From Klebsormidium nitens (lineage: Eukaryota > Plantae > Klebsormidiophyceae): DNA of 64,000 bases. Within the stretch, counting starts at the first letter, position 1; each line of letters begins with the position of its first letter. The translations under genes were made by a program, and so were the position numbers. The stretch is from assembly GCA_000708835.1 (NCBI GenBank), contig DF237185.1, forward strand, positions 71,764-135,763, read 5' to 3'. Of the stretch, positions 36,101-46,802 are shown piece after piece. The notes beneath the pieces are model-generated. The model was not told where the DNA came from. It did not search any database and worked only from the letters and a program-made list of their open reading frames with translations.

Positions 36101-37015
36101 GGTTGTGCAAACGGTGTCAGGCAGACATTTGGCTCAGCAAACTCGGTCTTGGTTGGAGCCCATAACGTAAGTTCAAGCGACGCACAGTGCAAGGAGCGTC
36201 TTACCGTGAGCTCTCTGGAACCAATAGCTTGGTATAAGATTGACAAGTCAGCATCATTCTGTCAAGCAATCTCAGAACTTGCTCCAAGAGAACTTCCTTG
36301 CCTTAGGAATCAGGTGCACTTGCGAACAGTGAGTATCCCCATCTTAAGTTCGCACAGATTGCTGAACAAGCGCTCGGACCAGCCACATTCAGCAGTCAAC
36401 CGGTGGTGCAATGCTACAATGTGTAGGAAAGCGTGCAGCCGATCAGTCTACCCCTGTAATTCTTTTCGTTTTTCTCTGCTTTCCTGATCGCATGGTCGCC
36501 GTCAAGACACCTTGCTTTACACGCAATGAGGACACAAAACCCAGCCAGACACTGCCGGGTTGCTCTCCAGTTGCTCTCCCCTACAGCCTTGAACAGCCAG
36601 CATTCCTGACAAACTCTCCAATCGTAACCCCCTCATCATACCCCAAACTTTCAGCTCAGGTTGCCGCCAATTTGAAAACCCTCAAGAACTTCAATCGCCT
36701 TACCTTTGACCTGTGGCTATCCAGGGCGTCGGCAAGATCCCTGTCGTGCAGCCAATCATCATCTGAGATGGCAGCCGCCCGATTGTGCAGATTGGGCGGT
36801 AGCCTGGCCGCTGGATCCAGACTGGAAGGGGGAGCCCATTCGTGGTCTGCAGCAGGCGCCTCTAGCACATCCATTCGGGTGCTTTCTTCCAGAGGCCTTT
36901 CTGCTTCCGTCTGAGGCCCATCCTCTCTCACTACAGTTCCCTGTGACCCTTCAACCCCGCTCCAGGGCTCTTCCATGGGGGCATCTTCGAAAATGGGGTT
37001 CTGCTGAACCTCCAT
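24126..37015 (-). CDS. HAK: KUP/HAK/KT family K+ transporter; exons 37015-36704, 35918-35849, 35486-35461, 35227-35101, 34353-34096, 33588-33514, 32709-32540, 31703-31560, 30954-30768, 29970-29761, 29257-29106, 28320-28141, 27191-27003, (gap)-~25320, 24878-24710, 24236-24126
   Basis: The spliced product has family motifs [102 protein letters not shown] and VVARYGY. One exon is partly hidden in the N gap. Confidence 0.95.
25075..25345 (-). repeat. tandem array (~70-75 bp): 3 decayed copies of a HAK exon 3' end plus donor (..ccgacacgcc(c/t)cg|gtgagagt)
   Basis: Units at ~25098, ~25168 and ~25240 match the real exon end and donor at ~25311-25345. Confidence 0.85.
25552..25952. other. assembly gap (401 N) inside the HAK gene
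   Basis: Run of N. It abuts a HAK exon (VVARYGY) and a tandem array. Confidence 1.
25966..26350. repeat. ~140-bp tandem array, ~3 units, adjacent to the gap
   Basis: Recurrent gagcaggaca(t/c)ctc..aaggggttgggttaa..agaaggttgta..agacgt.gtcgtaaagagggtcctgccac. Confidence 0.85.
26758..27590 (-). repeat. decayed copies of both the donor (x3, ~82-bp period) and the acceptor (x3-4) of HAK exon 27191-27003
   Basis: ctctctgagc..ataaacaccatg at ~26760, ~26840, ~26921 and (true) ~27003. cttggggc..ttgg(g/a)atgtcctg at ~27170 (true), ~27280, ~27370 and ~27473. Confidence 0.85.
33187..33460 (-). repeat. three decayed copies of HAK exon 33588-33514
   Basis: ..ctctg(a/g)gaagctcct..acttgcagcccgtc.. at ~33187, ~33289 and ~33401 match the exon sequence ctctgagcagctccttcggaacttgcagcccggtc. 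Confidence 0.8.
34440..34690 (-). repeat. two copies of the acceptor plus the first ~65 nt of HAK exon 34353-34096
   Basis: gatggtgatcttggtgtagcggcacagcagggagtagatggcgaacgt.ccgcctgcagg is repeated near-identically at 34447-34515 and more divergently at 34602-34685. Confidence 0.9.
34905..35100 (-). repeat. two decayed copies of the 3' end plus donor of HAK exon 35227-35101
   Basis: gtgagc(g/t)(t/c)ac..cttctcc..gaagaac.ac.acg.act..agatcatcaagctga recurs with a ~93-bp period. Confidence 0.8.
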
Positions 37016-40000
37016 TCTTCTCGCCTTGGTGGGGTTCCTTCAAAGGACTGCAATTGAGGCTAACCCTAATCGTTTTTGTCACCAGATTCTAACTGCAACA
37101 GCCAGGGTAACCTTTGCGACCTCCAAGTCCAAACGGTCTACGAGCAAGAGATGCAAAGTGCCAGCCTAGGGATAACAATGCTATGCCGGTGTGCAATGGG
37201 GGCCAACTCGCTTGGTTGTTGCATGCACCATTCCGGCAGCGCTACGGGCGCTTGCTCGAGTATACAACCTCGTCTCGCTCTGGTCTGGCGTCTACCCAGA
37301 GACACTAATAAACGCGACCCCTCCTGATCAGAGCTTCCTTGGCGCCTTCTCATTTGCTCATCTAAGATTGATTGATCCCCCTACCACTGGCACATCCCCT
37401 GCCCCTGATTCTAAAGGCAATGCAGCCAGCATGAAGATCCAATATGAAACAAGATCAAGATTCAATGATCAGTTGAATTGGGAAATTTGATCGACTCGCG
37501 TTTGGAAGATGGTTCAGGACTCTACTTGACTCTACTCGCACGCGAGACGCGCCTCAGGTTCAGGCAGGCAGGTCCCAATGTGCAAAAGCTGTGCACATGA
37601 GTATAAGCACTCCAGTTTGAATGCTTCTGCGCCGTCCATCGGCGGAATTTATGATATATCGACGGTTGCGGCAATGCTACCAGGCCGGCGAACAGATGAC
37701 GTCACATGCAAGTGGTGCTCGCGAACCACAAATTGTCTTACAAATGCAGACTTGAGTACCGGTACTAGGTAGTACGTAGTACGGTAGGTACATGTTTCAA
37801 CAGTACAATCTTGCACTACAGAGACTGAGCAGAAACTAATGAACGTAGTATGGCCAGTCACTCGTTGAGTCCTACTGTGCACGTGGCAAGCTTCTGGCGC
37901 CATCACGATTCACGCGTCTACTTCTGACAACACCGATCATATTGTCAGATAGCGCACGCAGATGATATTTTCATCCCCATGCTCAGCTGCAACTTGCACT
38001 TCTACACTTCGGAATCCTTCAAAATCAAACACTTCCGAGTCAGACTGGCTTTCAGGCTGGCTTTTCAGAGTTCAGATTCCAAAATCAGTATGCGAGAAAA
38101 CTTTGAATGCACTGATTCAAGATTTTGAGCTAGTGAGCTGGTAGGCAGCCTCAGATTGGCGACACTAGGCCAATAGGACTCAAGTCAGCTTGCAGCCGGG
38201 CTTGTGGCAGAGCGGAACGCTCCGCCAAGACGTTGCTAAGATCATCGATCAGCTTCCATGTATGTACAGCACAACCGGATTGAAGAGAACATTTGTAACC
38301 CGTATGCACCATTGGGGCACCATTGCAAATGCGTTCAAATCTGCTGGCTGGAAGTGCAACTCACCTCGTGAGCATTTTACTCGCAACATTTGATCATTCT
38401 TCTTGAAACGTTAATGTTCTGATGAGCTAGCTGTATTAGTTGCCGCCGCCTCAAAATGTCTGCATTCAGAGTATTGCCTCCAAAACGAGCTCTGTCCTGT
38501 GTCTGTCCTACACAATCAGCACTCTCGGTCTGGCCATGTAAACGCGCTCTAAATCCATCTGGTACTTATTAGCTCGTTCGTCTCTTTTCAATCGGGTGGT
38601 AACTTAGCGCGTTCTGAGCCCGTTCTATTTTGAAACTCCGGCCTTTGTTCTTTGGTGGGCCGCTTTTCGGTGGTACTGCATCCGCGTGCCCTGCAGTCCT
38701 GTTGTATTGCAGATGGTTGACTGGCTGAGTGTGGGCAATGAACCTCGTGAAAGAGGAGAAGCACAGCAACGCGATATAACCACGAAGCAACGCGATATAA
38801 CCACGAGACAACACAAACCACCTAATCCTTCTCACGAAAATTGAATCTTGACACTCAGAACAAGGAGAACTACATAAAGGGGCCTAGGCTCTGAGCCATT
38901 TGCGTTTCTGGGACAATCAATTGAGTCTGGATCCCCCCTGGATCCCTATGGTAGATGGGAGACCAAACTTGACGGCCAGTTCCTGAGACCAACTCGTAGA
39001 CATAGATGATTTTGCCAGAAAGACGAGGTGCCCTTCCGTACCTTGATGAGACGAGAGGGCTCTGAAGTTCCATCCAGGAACGATCCGTTTGTAGCTGCAA
39101 CCCATCGAAACGCCCTTCTCACAGCTGGTTCAAAGCGGTCCTGATGCAACGGTGCCGTTTAAGGTGCCTCATAGACTCACTGTGTTGGCTGTGAAGCCTT
39201 CTAGCTTCCGGATCCGGGGCACTTGTAAGCCTGGCACAAGTTTAAGCGACAGCTGGCATCGGATTACCAGAAACAGCCCTTTGTTGTCGTGCGAATTCGG
39301 CAAGAGCTCGCTTCGAGGATGAAAAGCGTTTAGAGCGTGCTTTGTCTCAATCCGTTTGACCCAATCTTGTGATGCGCTCCCTGGCAACCGGACATACTTT
39401 GGCCTCATTCATACATCATCGTTCTTTGTCGTCAGATCCTGGCAAGTCACAGGGTACTCTGCCTTTGGCTTCTGTTCTCTTTGCTTCTTTCCTTAGTGTG
39501 GGCGTAGGCCCGTTTGACCGACGGCATCATCTCAGCCCGCGTCGCTTTGTAGACCAATCACAGGCCGGGGCGGCACCATCCGTCGTGTAAAGCCTTCCGA
39601 TCAAGATTGCAAGCGCGCTTGCATGCTACGCCACTCCAGACAAGTTGTGTAGCCGACTCGTGTCAGAGCCTTTCGTGAAGCCCTTCTTCCCGGTCCGGTC
39701 GCACTGCATAGAGTCGTCCAGCATCGTTACTAGATGATGAGATGATTGTGCGCATTAAATGCTCAAGCAAAGCTAGCTGCCCAAGTACAGAAGTTTCAAG
39801 AAGTGAAGAAGGACAATCTTGTTTGAAGTGTTTGAACAATCTTGCATGTTCGGAGCATATTCCACATGCAGCACTTCGATCGGCCGGGCAGCCTTCATGC
39901 AAATGAAAACCATGAGTCCATGACATGAAAATAAGCCGGCGTGCCGACCATGGTGCCAATGACGGTGCACTATGTAAGTAGTATAAGGCGCCCGCGAGTT

Positions 40001-40721
40001 CAAGCACCGTTACAGTGACTGCCTGCGGATATTGGCACTGAATACTGTAATCAACAATCAACCGGACTGCCCAACCATCGCGTGACCGGGCCACCCGCGC
40101 TGCGATTACGCATGCGCAATTGATTGACTTGCTTGATCATTGATTTCTTTACTTGGCGGCCATGTCAAGCGAGCCGGGCCGGCCCGCAATAAATATCAAC
40201 TTACGTACATGCGCTGAGCGGACCTTTGTGTGATACGACGATATGCTAATTAACTAATGATAGGCCGAGGTATCTCGAACCGCGTTCGATCATTCGTTCT
40301 TATGCCTCAGATTGATGCTAGCTTCGATCGAGCCGACTAGATTTGCATATCATTCTGAGGCCGACAATTTGCCATTAGATGCAAACAAGATGAGCTGCCT
40401 GGCACGTATGCAGTATATGGGGCAATAACAGTACGTACTGAAAGCGGCAAGCACGGCGTTCCCGACTTACAACAACAAGTTGCAAGCAGCAGTTATAATC
40501 TGGATCTCATCTGAGCGGTAACGCAGATATGTCAATTTTGAAATCATTCATGCACTGAAAGCACGGCCACCAGAAGGTGACACCCACTGGATATCTGCAT
40601 CATTGCGAGCATGTCAAAGTGTCAACTCAAAGGTTCTCAGCCTGTATCTTCCGACCCCACCGGGAATATGACCAAATTATGTACATACGAGAGACAACGA
40701 CCATTCGGCACCTCAAAACGG

Positions 40722-43700
40722 CTACTTCGAATTCTTCTTCATCTTCGCGCCCATCTTGGGAGGAGGAGGTGGGGGTTTGTCATGTGCGGGATCAGGTATG
40801 CGGGGCCGAGAGAAGGGGAAAGGCCAGTATGCAGGCCGTTGCTCCGGTTGTTGCCGGGGCGGCTGCGCTGCGACCAACTCCCCCGGTCTGTCGACGAATC
40901 TGCGAATAGAGCAACTCCGTTCGAGAAAGAAAAAAGGGAATGAAAGACTGAAGGAGATAACAAATGAATATCGCCTGTGGCCAGACTCGAGAAAGGAATG
41001 ATATTGCATAAGAACTGGCAATGAAGGTTGCACGTCGGTAGATGTAGAAGCGAATCGGTTTCGCGAACAATCATTGAGTGCCTAACCCAGCGTAGAATGA
41101 TAGTCCCGGCCATTTAAGGGCGCCCTTCGGCAAACACATAAGTGTAGGTCAATCATCCTGGCTTTATCATTCTCCTATCTCTACTTCGCTTCCGCGGGTA
41201 ACATTCAGGCTTTGCGTCGACGAGTCTCCTGCAAATCATCCGAACAACAAACCACGAGAGAGTCCACGACAGGATCAAAATTCGACGAAGGCGTGAGTAC
41301 ACGAGTCAGCTAGGAAGCAACCGAACATAGGGGAGTAAGATGGAGTCCACGAAACGAGCACTACTCGAGGACAAGTCACCACCAGCAATATACGCAATCC
41401 GAATTGCCGGCTCTTGGCTCAGACCGGCATCACCTTCCCCTCGAAACAACCGGGGCACTGGAAGAGGACTCAGCAGCAGAAGCTTTGAAATTGGAAAACT
41501 GACAATGTCTCGTAACAAGAACGGAGGCAGGCGTGACAATTGTGGTTAGATAAAGCGGGGCTTACTCGATATAGGCCATCGGGGCTGAGTCTTTTCGGTC
41601 GCGCGTTTGCAGCACCCGCGTGTATCCCCCTTCTCGCTCCCTAAACAGGTTGGCGTCGGCAGGTCAGAGGATTCAACGAGCAAACTTGCTTTTTGGGTAC
41701 TGTACCGGCATTTCATTTCGGCAAAAAGTAAAACACTATCTGCCCTGCCGAATGTTTTTAACGAGTGCTATAAGAAGCGGGGAGGAGCTGCCGTCAAACA
41801 GAGCCGTCCAAGATCAAAACTCCTTGCAGTGCGAGATGAAAGACCCTAGAGATGAGCCGTCCGAAAACCAACGAAGGAAAGATTTGCGGTCCATTTCGTA
41901 ACCCGTCGTCTCCTGCCGCCTGTCCTAAGCAAACGCTCTAGATTCGACGAGTGCATTGTTTGACTGTCGAGGGGTCCCCTTTGACCCCCAAAAACAAGGC
42001 TGTGAAACATGCTACTTTACAGGTCAGCAGCTCTTAGTTGGCAGCTCAGTACGCTGCTTACTGTTTGAAACCGGAACGGCTTCCGTCTTCGATTGCAACA
42101 ATCTCCTGATCAAGATAACGAGATCTCGCAAGTGATAACGTAGGATTTTATGATAGAAGACAAACTTTCGTTCTTTCAACACCAGGACCAGCAGTCAACC
42201 TTGGACGGTGCCTAGGCAGTTCGTAAACTGATTTGAGCAACAGAAAGACGACCGATAGTGGAGGGTGAGCTCACTTGTATCTCTCAGCGAAGTCGTTGAA
42301 CAGTTTGAAGACATGCTCGTCGCCCCTAACGACTGCCGCCGCTTGCCGCCGCGCGTGAAGGGTCCCCTGCGAGACAGGATCCTCTGATGTAGTTAAGATA
42401 AAGCTCAAGTTAAGATACGGACGAAGCAAATACCGGAGAGCCTAACCCGAAAAGTACACCTGCTCCACACCAGTGCCCCCTTAAAACCCAGACTAAACCC
42501 GACCTGTCCAAGGAAGAATGCCATATAAGAACGTGCCCTTGTGAAAGGTACTCAACAGTCTGATCTGCCAAAGCACGCCGGCCCGCCAATGACTGAAGTA
42601 TTTCTCGGTCTAGGAAACAGTAAGCCCGGGAACCTTTTGAGTCGAATCAAGACCTCGTTCCTGGGGTTAATGTGTTCAGCAACCGTGCCCACCTAACCCC
42701 CTGGCTAACCACACCCATCGCCTACTTATCGGGACAATCGGAATTGTTACGGAATCGCTTGACATCGTTTGTCAGTACGCTCGACGCACCCGTACAATAA
42801 AGCGATGCCTACTGGGCGAAAGTTAACGAATCAATACACACTCGGACGACGGAACTGCTACGAAGTAAATAGATTCGTTGTCTGTACACCAAACGGATTC
42901 CATATGTAAACCGATGCGTCCTGGGCGCAAGCTATCGAGCGGCGGGCCCAAACTGGGCCCAGCTGCTGGTGTTTCTACACACTTCCCCGTCCCAGTGAGA
43001 ACCGGCGTTATCAGCAGATAAGACCGAGCTGGTGTCTTTGCTAGCCAGAAAGAAGGGTGCATTTACCAAAATTGTGAAGAAGGCAAACTGCGAAGACCCC
43101 GGCCCAAGAGAGGGGCAGAAGAAAAAGAGATTGAAGTCCTCACTTCCTTTCCCAAGGTCACCATGTTGTCTGCAACGCGACGAAGCTCTTTTGCCTGCAC
43201 GAGTGTGTGCACTCATCAATCATTTTATTTTCACGGAGCTGGTTGACGTCAGCTTTAAGTCTACTGTACTGGGACTGTTTTCAACAATTGACAAGTTTTC
43301 TGCCGACGGTGACACTCGAAGATCAAGTGTATGTTCCTTGCACCCGTGCCAATTTTGACGCGCTGAGCCTACACCGCGTCTGGGTGATGGTGCAATCATT
43401 TGGCCTTGACGTCGGTAAATGTTTTTGACATCATTTGAGGAGATATTTACACATATCCACACTGTTTTATGTTTTGTAGCATTCAGTTGAACATCAAGAC
43501 TTGAAACAGAGTCGTCCACTTGTTGATATGAAGGCAATCTCGACAGATTTGACCGGACCTGAGACCTCGTCCACAACGCAAAGTGCAACTAACCGCCCAA
43601 ACCTGTATCCACTGTCTGTGATACTCAGCTGTTCTTGAACCATGAATTCCGCCGACTGCGGTCGACTGTGTCCGGGGCTGAAAGTTGTTTGTGATACACG

Positions 43701-44948
43701 AAATGTATAGCGCATGTTCCTTGAAGGTTTGTTTACAGCTCTTTGCAAGCAACCTGCCAGTTTTTAGATCAAGAGGGAAGCTTAAAAGTTAGTCGAAGTT
43801 AATTGACGCTACATGTTTTTAGACTTGACTTGGTCGTTTAACTTTTAGACTTCCCTCTCTATTTAAAACCCGGCAGGATGCTTGGAAAGAGCTGTAAGCA
43901 CAGGGTCAAAAGCCCCTTACCTTGGCCACCGTAGTCTCGATCCTCTCGTGTTCAATCAATTGGGACACCATTGTCCTGCAGTCAAAGAAGTCTTCACTTT
44001 GTTCATTCCAAGCCAGGAATTGATTAAGCCAGAAGTCCTGGGTTTGGGAGTCCGTGTGATGGTCGGCAAGTTAAACCTGGCCCCTGAGGTCATCAAATGT
44101 CTGGCGCCTTTCAGTTGACGCCCCCGGCGGCCTTACTCAAGAAACCAGTCCGAGCAGAAGTAGATTTTACCGGATGGCTGCAACAGGGTAAGCATGAGCA
44201 TCCAAAAACCACTTGTGGACCAAAGGGGCTTCCAGCACAAACGAGGGAACAGCTCTCACGGTAAGACAAAGCAATGAATGACCAGGGGACAGCAAGCACC
44301 AGATTTTCGAAATTGACTCCCCAGACAAAATCAGATTTCTTAGAAATCCACTCTCTTTCTGCACCCTCTCTTGAGTGTGGGTTTCAGGGCATTCATTGAT
44401 CAGATTCATAATGAGGTTGGGCGGATTGACTGGGCAGTCCTGACATGATCAGGTGTGAAGAGATTTGGTACAAAATGCTGGTGCAACAAGGAATAGTTCA
44501 GCTTACTAAGGAGAAAATATTGGGAAAGTGGATCGGTGCCACGTCTAATCTACCAACTTCAGCAACAATCATGATAGGCTCCACCAACTGTCATTCCCTT
44601 GTTGCACTTCCTTAGCAGACTCCTGAAAACTTAGATGAAGGAGCCGTCGTTTTGAGAGCGCTCCTTGAAAAATGCACAGCGCAACCTCAAAAGGCTCCTT
44701 AAGGGACGCACAGCATGCACCACTATAAGATCAAGCCCACTGAGGTCCAAGCGGATTTTCAGATTGTCTCTGACCATTCACTGGTGGAAGAGGGAGGATG
44801 AAAGAAAGAGCAGTTTGCAGCACTACTTTTATCTTATCTTCGCAACAAAGACCAGCGCTGAGCATGTGAAAGCTCCTCACCTGAGCAGCGCCCATCGATG
44901 ACTGCTAGTGCGACCCAGCTTCCGGAAAGCATTCCTGTGATTGACCAT
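40722..44948 (-). CDS. RPL17: ribosomal protein bL17, mitochondrial type; exons 44948-44881, 43975-43921, 43194-43144, 42366-42275, 41640-41566, 40899-40722
   Basis: Spliced product MVNHRNAFRKLGRTSSHRWALLR|TMVSQLIEHERIETTVAK|AKELRRVADNMVTLGKE|GTLHARRQAAAVVRGDEHVFKLFNDFAERYK|EREGGYTRVL..DSAPMAYIE|FVDRPGEL. The Pro-rich tail and absence of a plastid transit peptide resemble the plant mitochondrial form. Confidence 0.93.
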
Positions 44949-45578
44949 TACCCCACACCTTACAAGCCCCAACAAAAGAAATGAGAGGTCTTTGTATGTC
45001 TTACTTCGAGCTATTTCAATTAAGTTGCAAAGTGGTCCAAACCCCTGTGGACTTTTCCAAGTACGTCAATCTGTCAACCAAGCCCTTGTCTCGCCACTGT
45101 CTTCTACGTCCGTAGTCCGCCTGCACCTTATGGTGCATTTGATTGAAGTGAATGGTCCGCTAGTGCAAAATGCTTCTAAGGGCGGCTCCCTAGCATCGAA
45201 TGTGGCCCTCCAGTTGATTCAAGAGCTTGCAGATTTTGACAGAAAACCGAGATGGCGTCCACTTATGACGAAGCGACAGCTTCAGACGTTCAAACCTCGC
45301 TGTCCTGAAACGAAGCAAGGGCCTTGGAGCTGCAAATTGTGCAGCCTCGTGCAGAGCTCTATTAGTGGTGATAGCATCAAGGCAGCCCGCTGCTGAAGCC
45401 ACAGACGTCAGCCCTCACCTCTCGAGCCCTCACCTCTCGACTCTTTCACTGTTCAGGAGTGTTCAGATTCCAAAAGTGCTGCACAGAAACTCAAGAACTT
45501 GAAGGCCGAAACGGAAAGTCGCCCGCTGTGAGACTCACGGAGGTATCCTGACTGACAGTGACATAACCCACAGGTTAA

Positions 45579-46232
45579 CACTAGGACCGTAGCTAAGTGT
45601 GACCATATGGTAACGCTCATCTTTTTCAGATGTTACGGAAAAACCCTATGAAGATACCGGATATAAGTGCTCACATTACTCCTGATGCTTCTAGGGGTTA
45701 TGGTTGAAATAGTAAGTATGATAGGCAGGTTGAACTCCAAGGCCAGGTTCTTGCTGCCAGCACATTTCAATAAGAGGTCCCAAAACCCTAATATGAGGGG
45801 AAATAAGCGTGACCATATGGTCACGCTTAGGGAAAAGGGGTGGTTTTCATACCAAACCTACACGGAAACTTTTCAACCTTGTCAGGGGCCCTTATTGGGT
45901 CATGTTCAACTTCCCTGAAACCTGAAACCTCCAAAAACCTCTGTGACGTCATCAGCCCAAGTTGCTAACAATGGTCAAACAGGAGACGTCAGGCTAGGGA
46001 CCAGTTTGGGGCAAAAAACCCCTGTGAAACCCATGTTAGAATGTCGTCAGCTGGTTCTTTTTGACCAATGCCGTTCCGGGGTATGGTTAGGGAATACCTT
46101 AGGGTCAATGTTGACCAGCCATAGTCCAAGGGTTTGGGTTTTTGTATAAACCCACAGGGTTTTACCCAGTCAATACTTAAGCGTGACCATATGGTCACGC
46201 GTTACCATATGGTCACAGTTACGGTCCTAGTG
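45579..46232. mobile_element. 654-bp non-autonomous DNA transposon (MITE) with TTAA target duplication, piggyBac-like
   Basis: Left end TTAA|CACTAGGACCGTAGCTAAGTGTGACCATATGGTAACGC. The right end, reverse-complemented, reads TTAA|CACTAGGACCGTAACT----GTGACCATATGGTAACGC. TTAA is at 45575-45578 and 46233-46236. No transposase-sized ORF inside. Confidence 0.85.
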
Positions 46233-46802
46233 TTAAAGCAGACTGACTCAGCGTGAACCAAGGCCCAGGGGAAGTTGTTGCAGAAAACCAGCTCTGGAAA
46301 AGGTTCTCGGTGGTCTGCTCCCGACTGAACCTTCTGAGTTCGGTTTACACCTTGCATGAAGCTGGGGATCAACAGTTATTAGGTACCCGAATTTTCGGAA
46401 GTCTTCCCAGGTGCGCCTCACGTACCTCAACATGTTGCTGGCTGTCTACCCTACCCTTCTGTTCCAGATGGTGTTCCAGAATTGTTGAATGTGGTTGAAC
46501 TTGAACTTGAAAGTTGAAGTTGTAGCTGCTGATTTTTGCGAAATTGCGTTTCGCTCTAAAAGTTGTGTTCTTGTCCAAGCTCTCTTATCGTTTGCTGATT
46601 GTTGGCGAATCCACTGCAGTCCATTGTCCCTGCTGCTGTTTCAAGTGCAGTCACCATAGCGCATATCTTTTGCAGCGCTTGTTTCATTCAAAGACGCGCA
46701 ATCATTCAATCCTGCAAAACTGTTGCCCGGCCTTGACAAGTGTGAAGCCGTAGATCTGCCACGCAATTCAGAGCTGTTGAATTGTAGGGTCCTTGAGCAG
46801 AG

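Noticed and set aside
45579-46232. Classification as a CACTA/EnSpm element because the TIR starts with CACTA
   Set aside because: The 3-bp flanks differ (TAA vs TTA), whereas a 4-bp TTAA duplication fits exactly.
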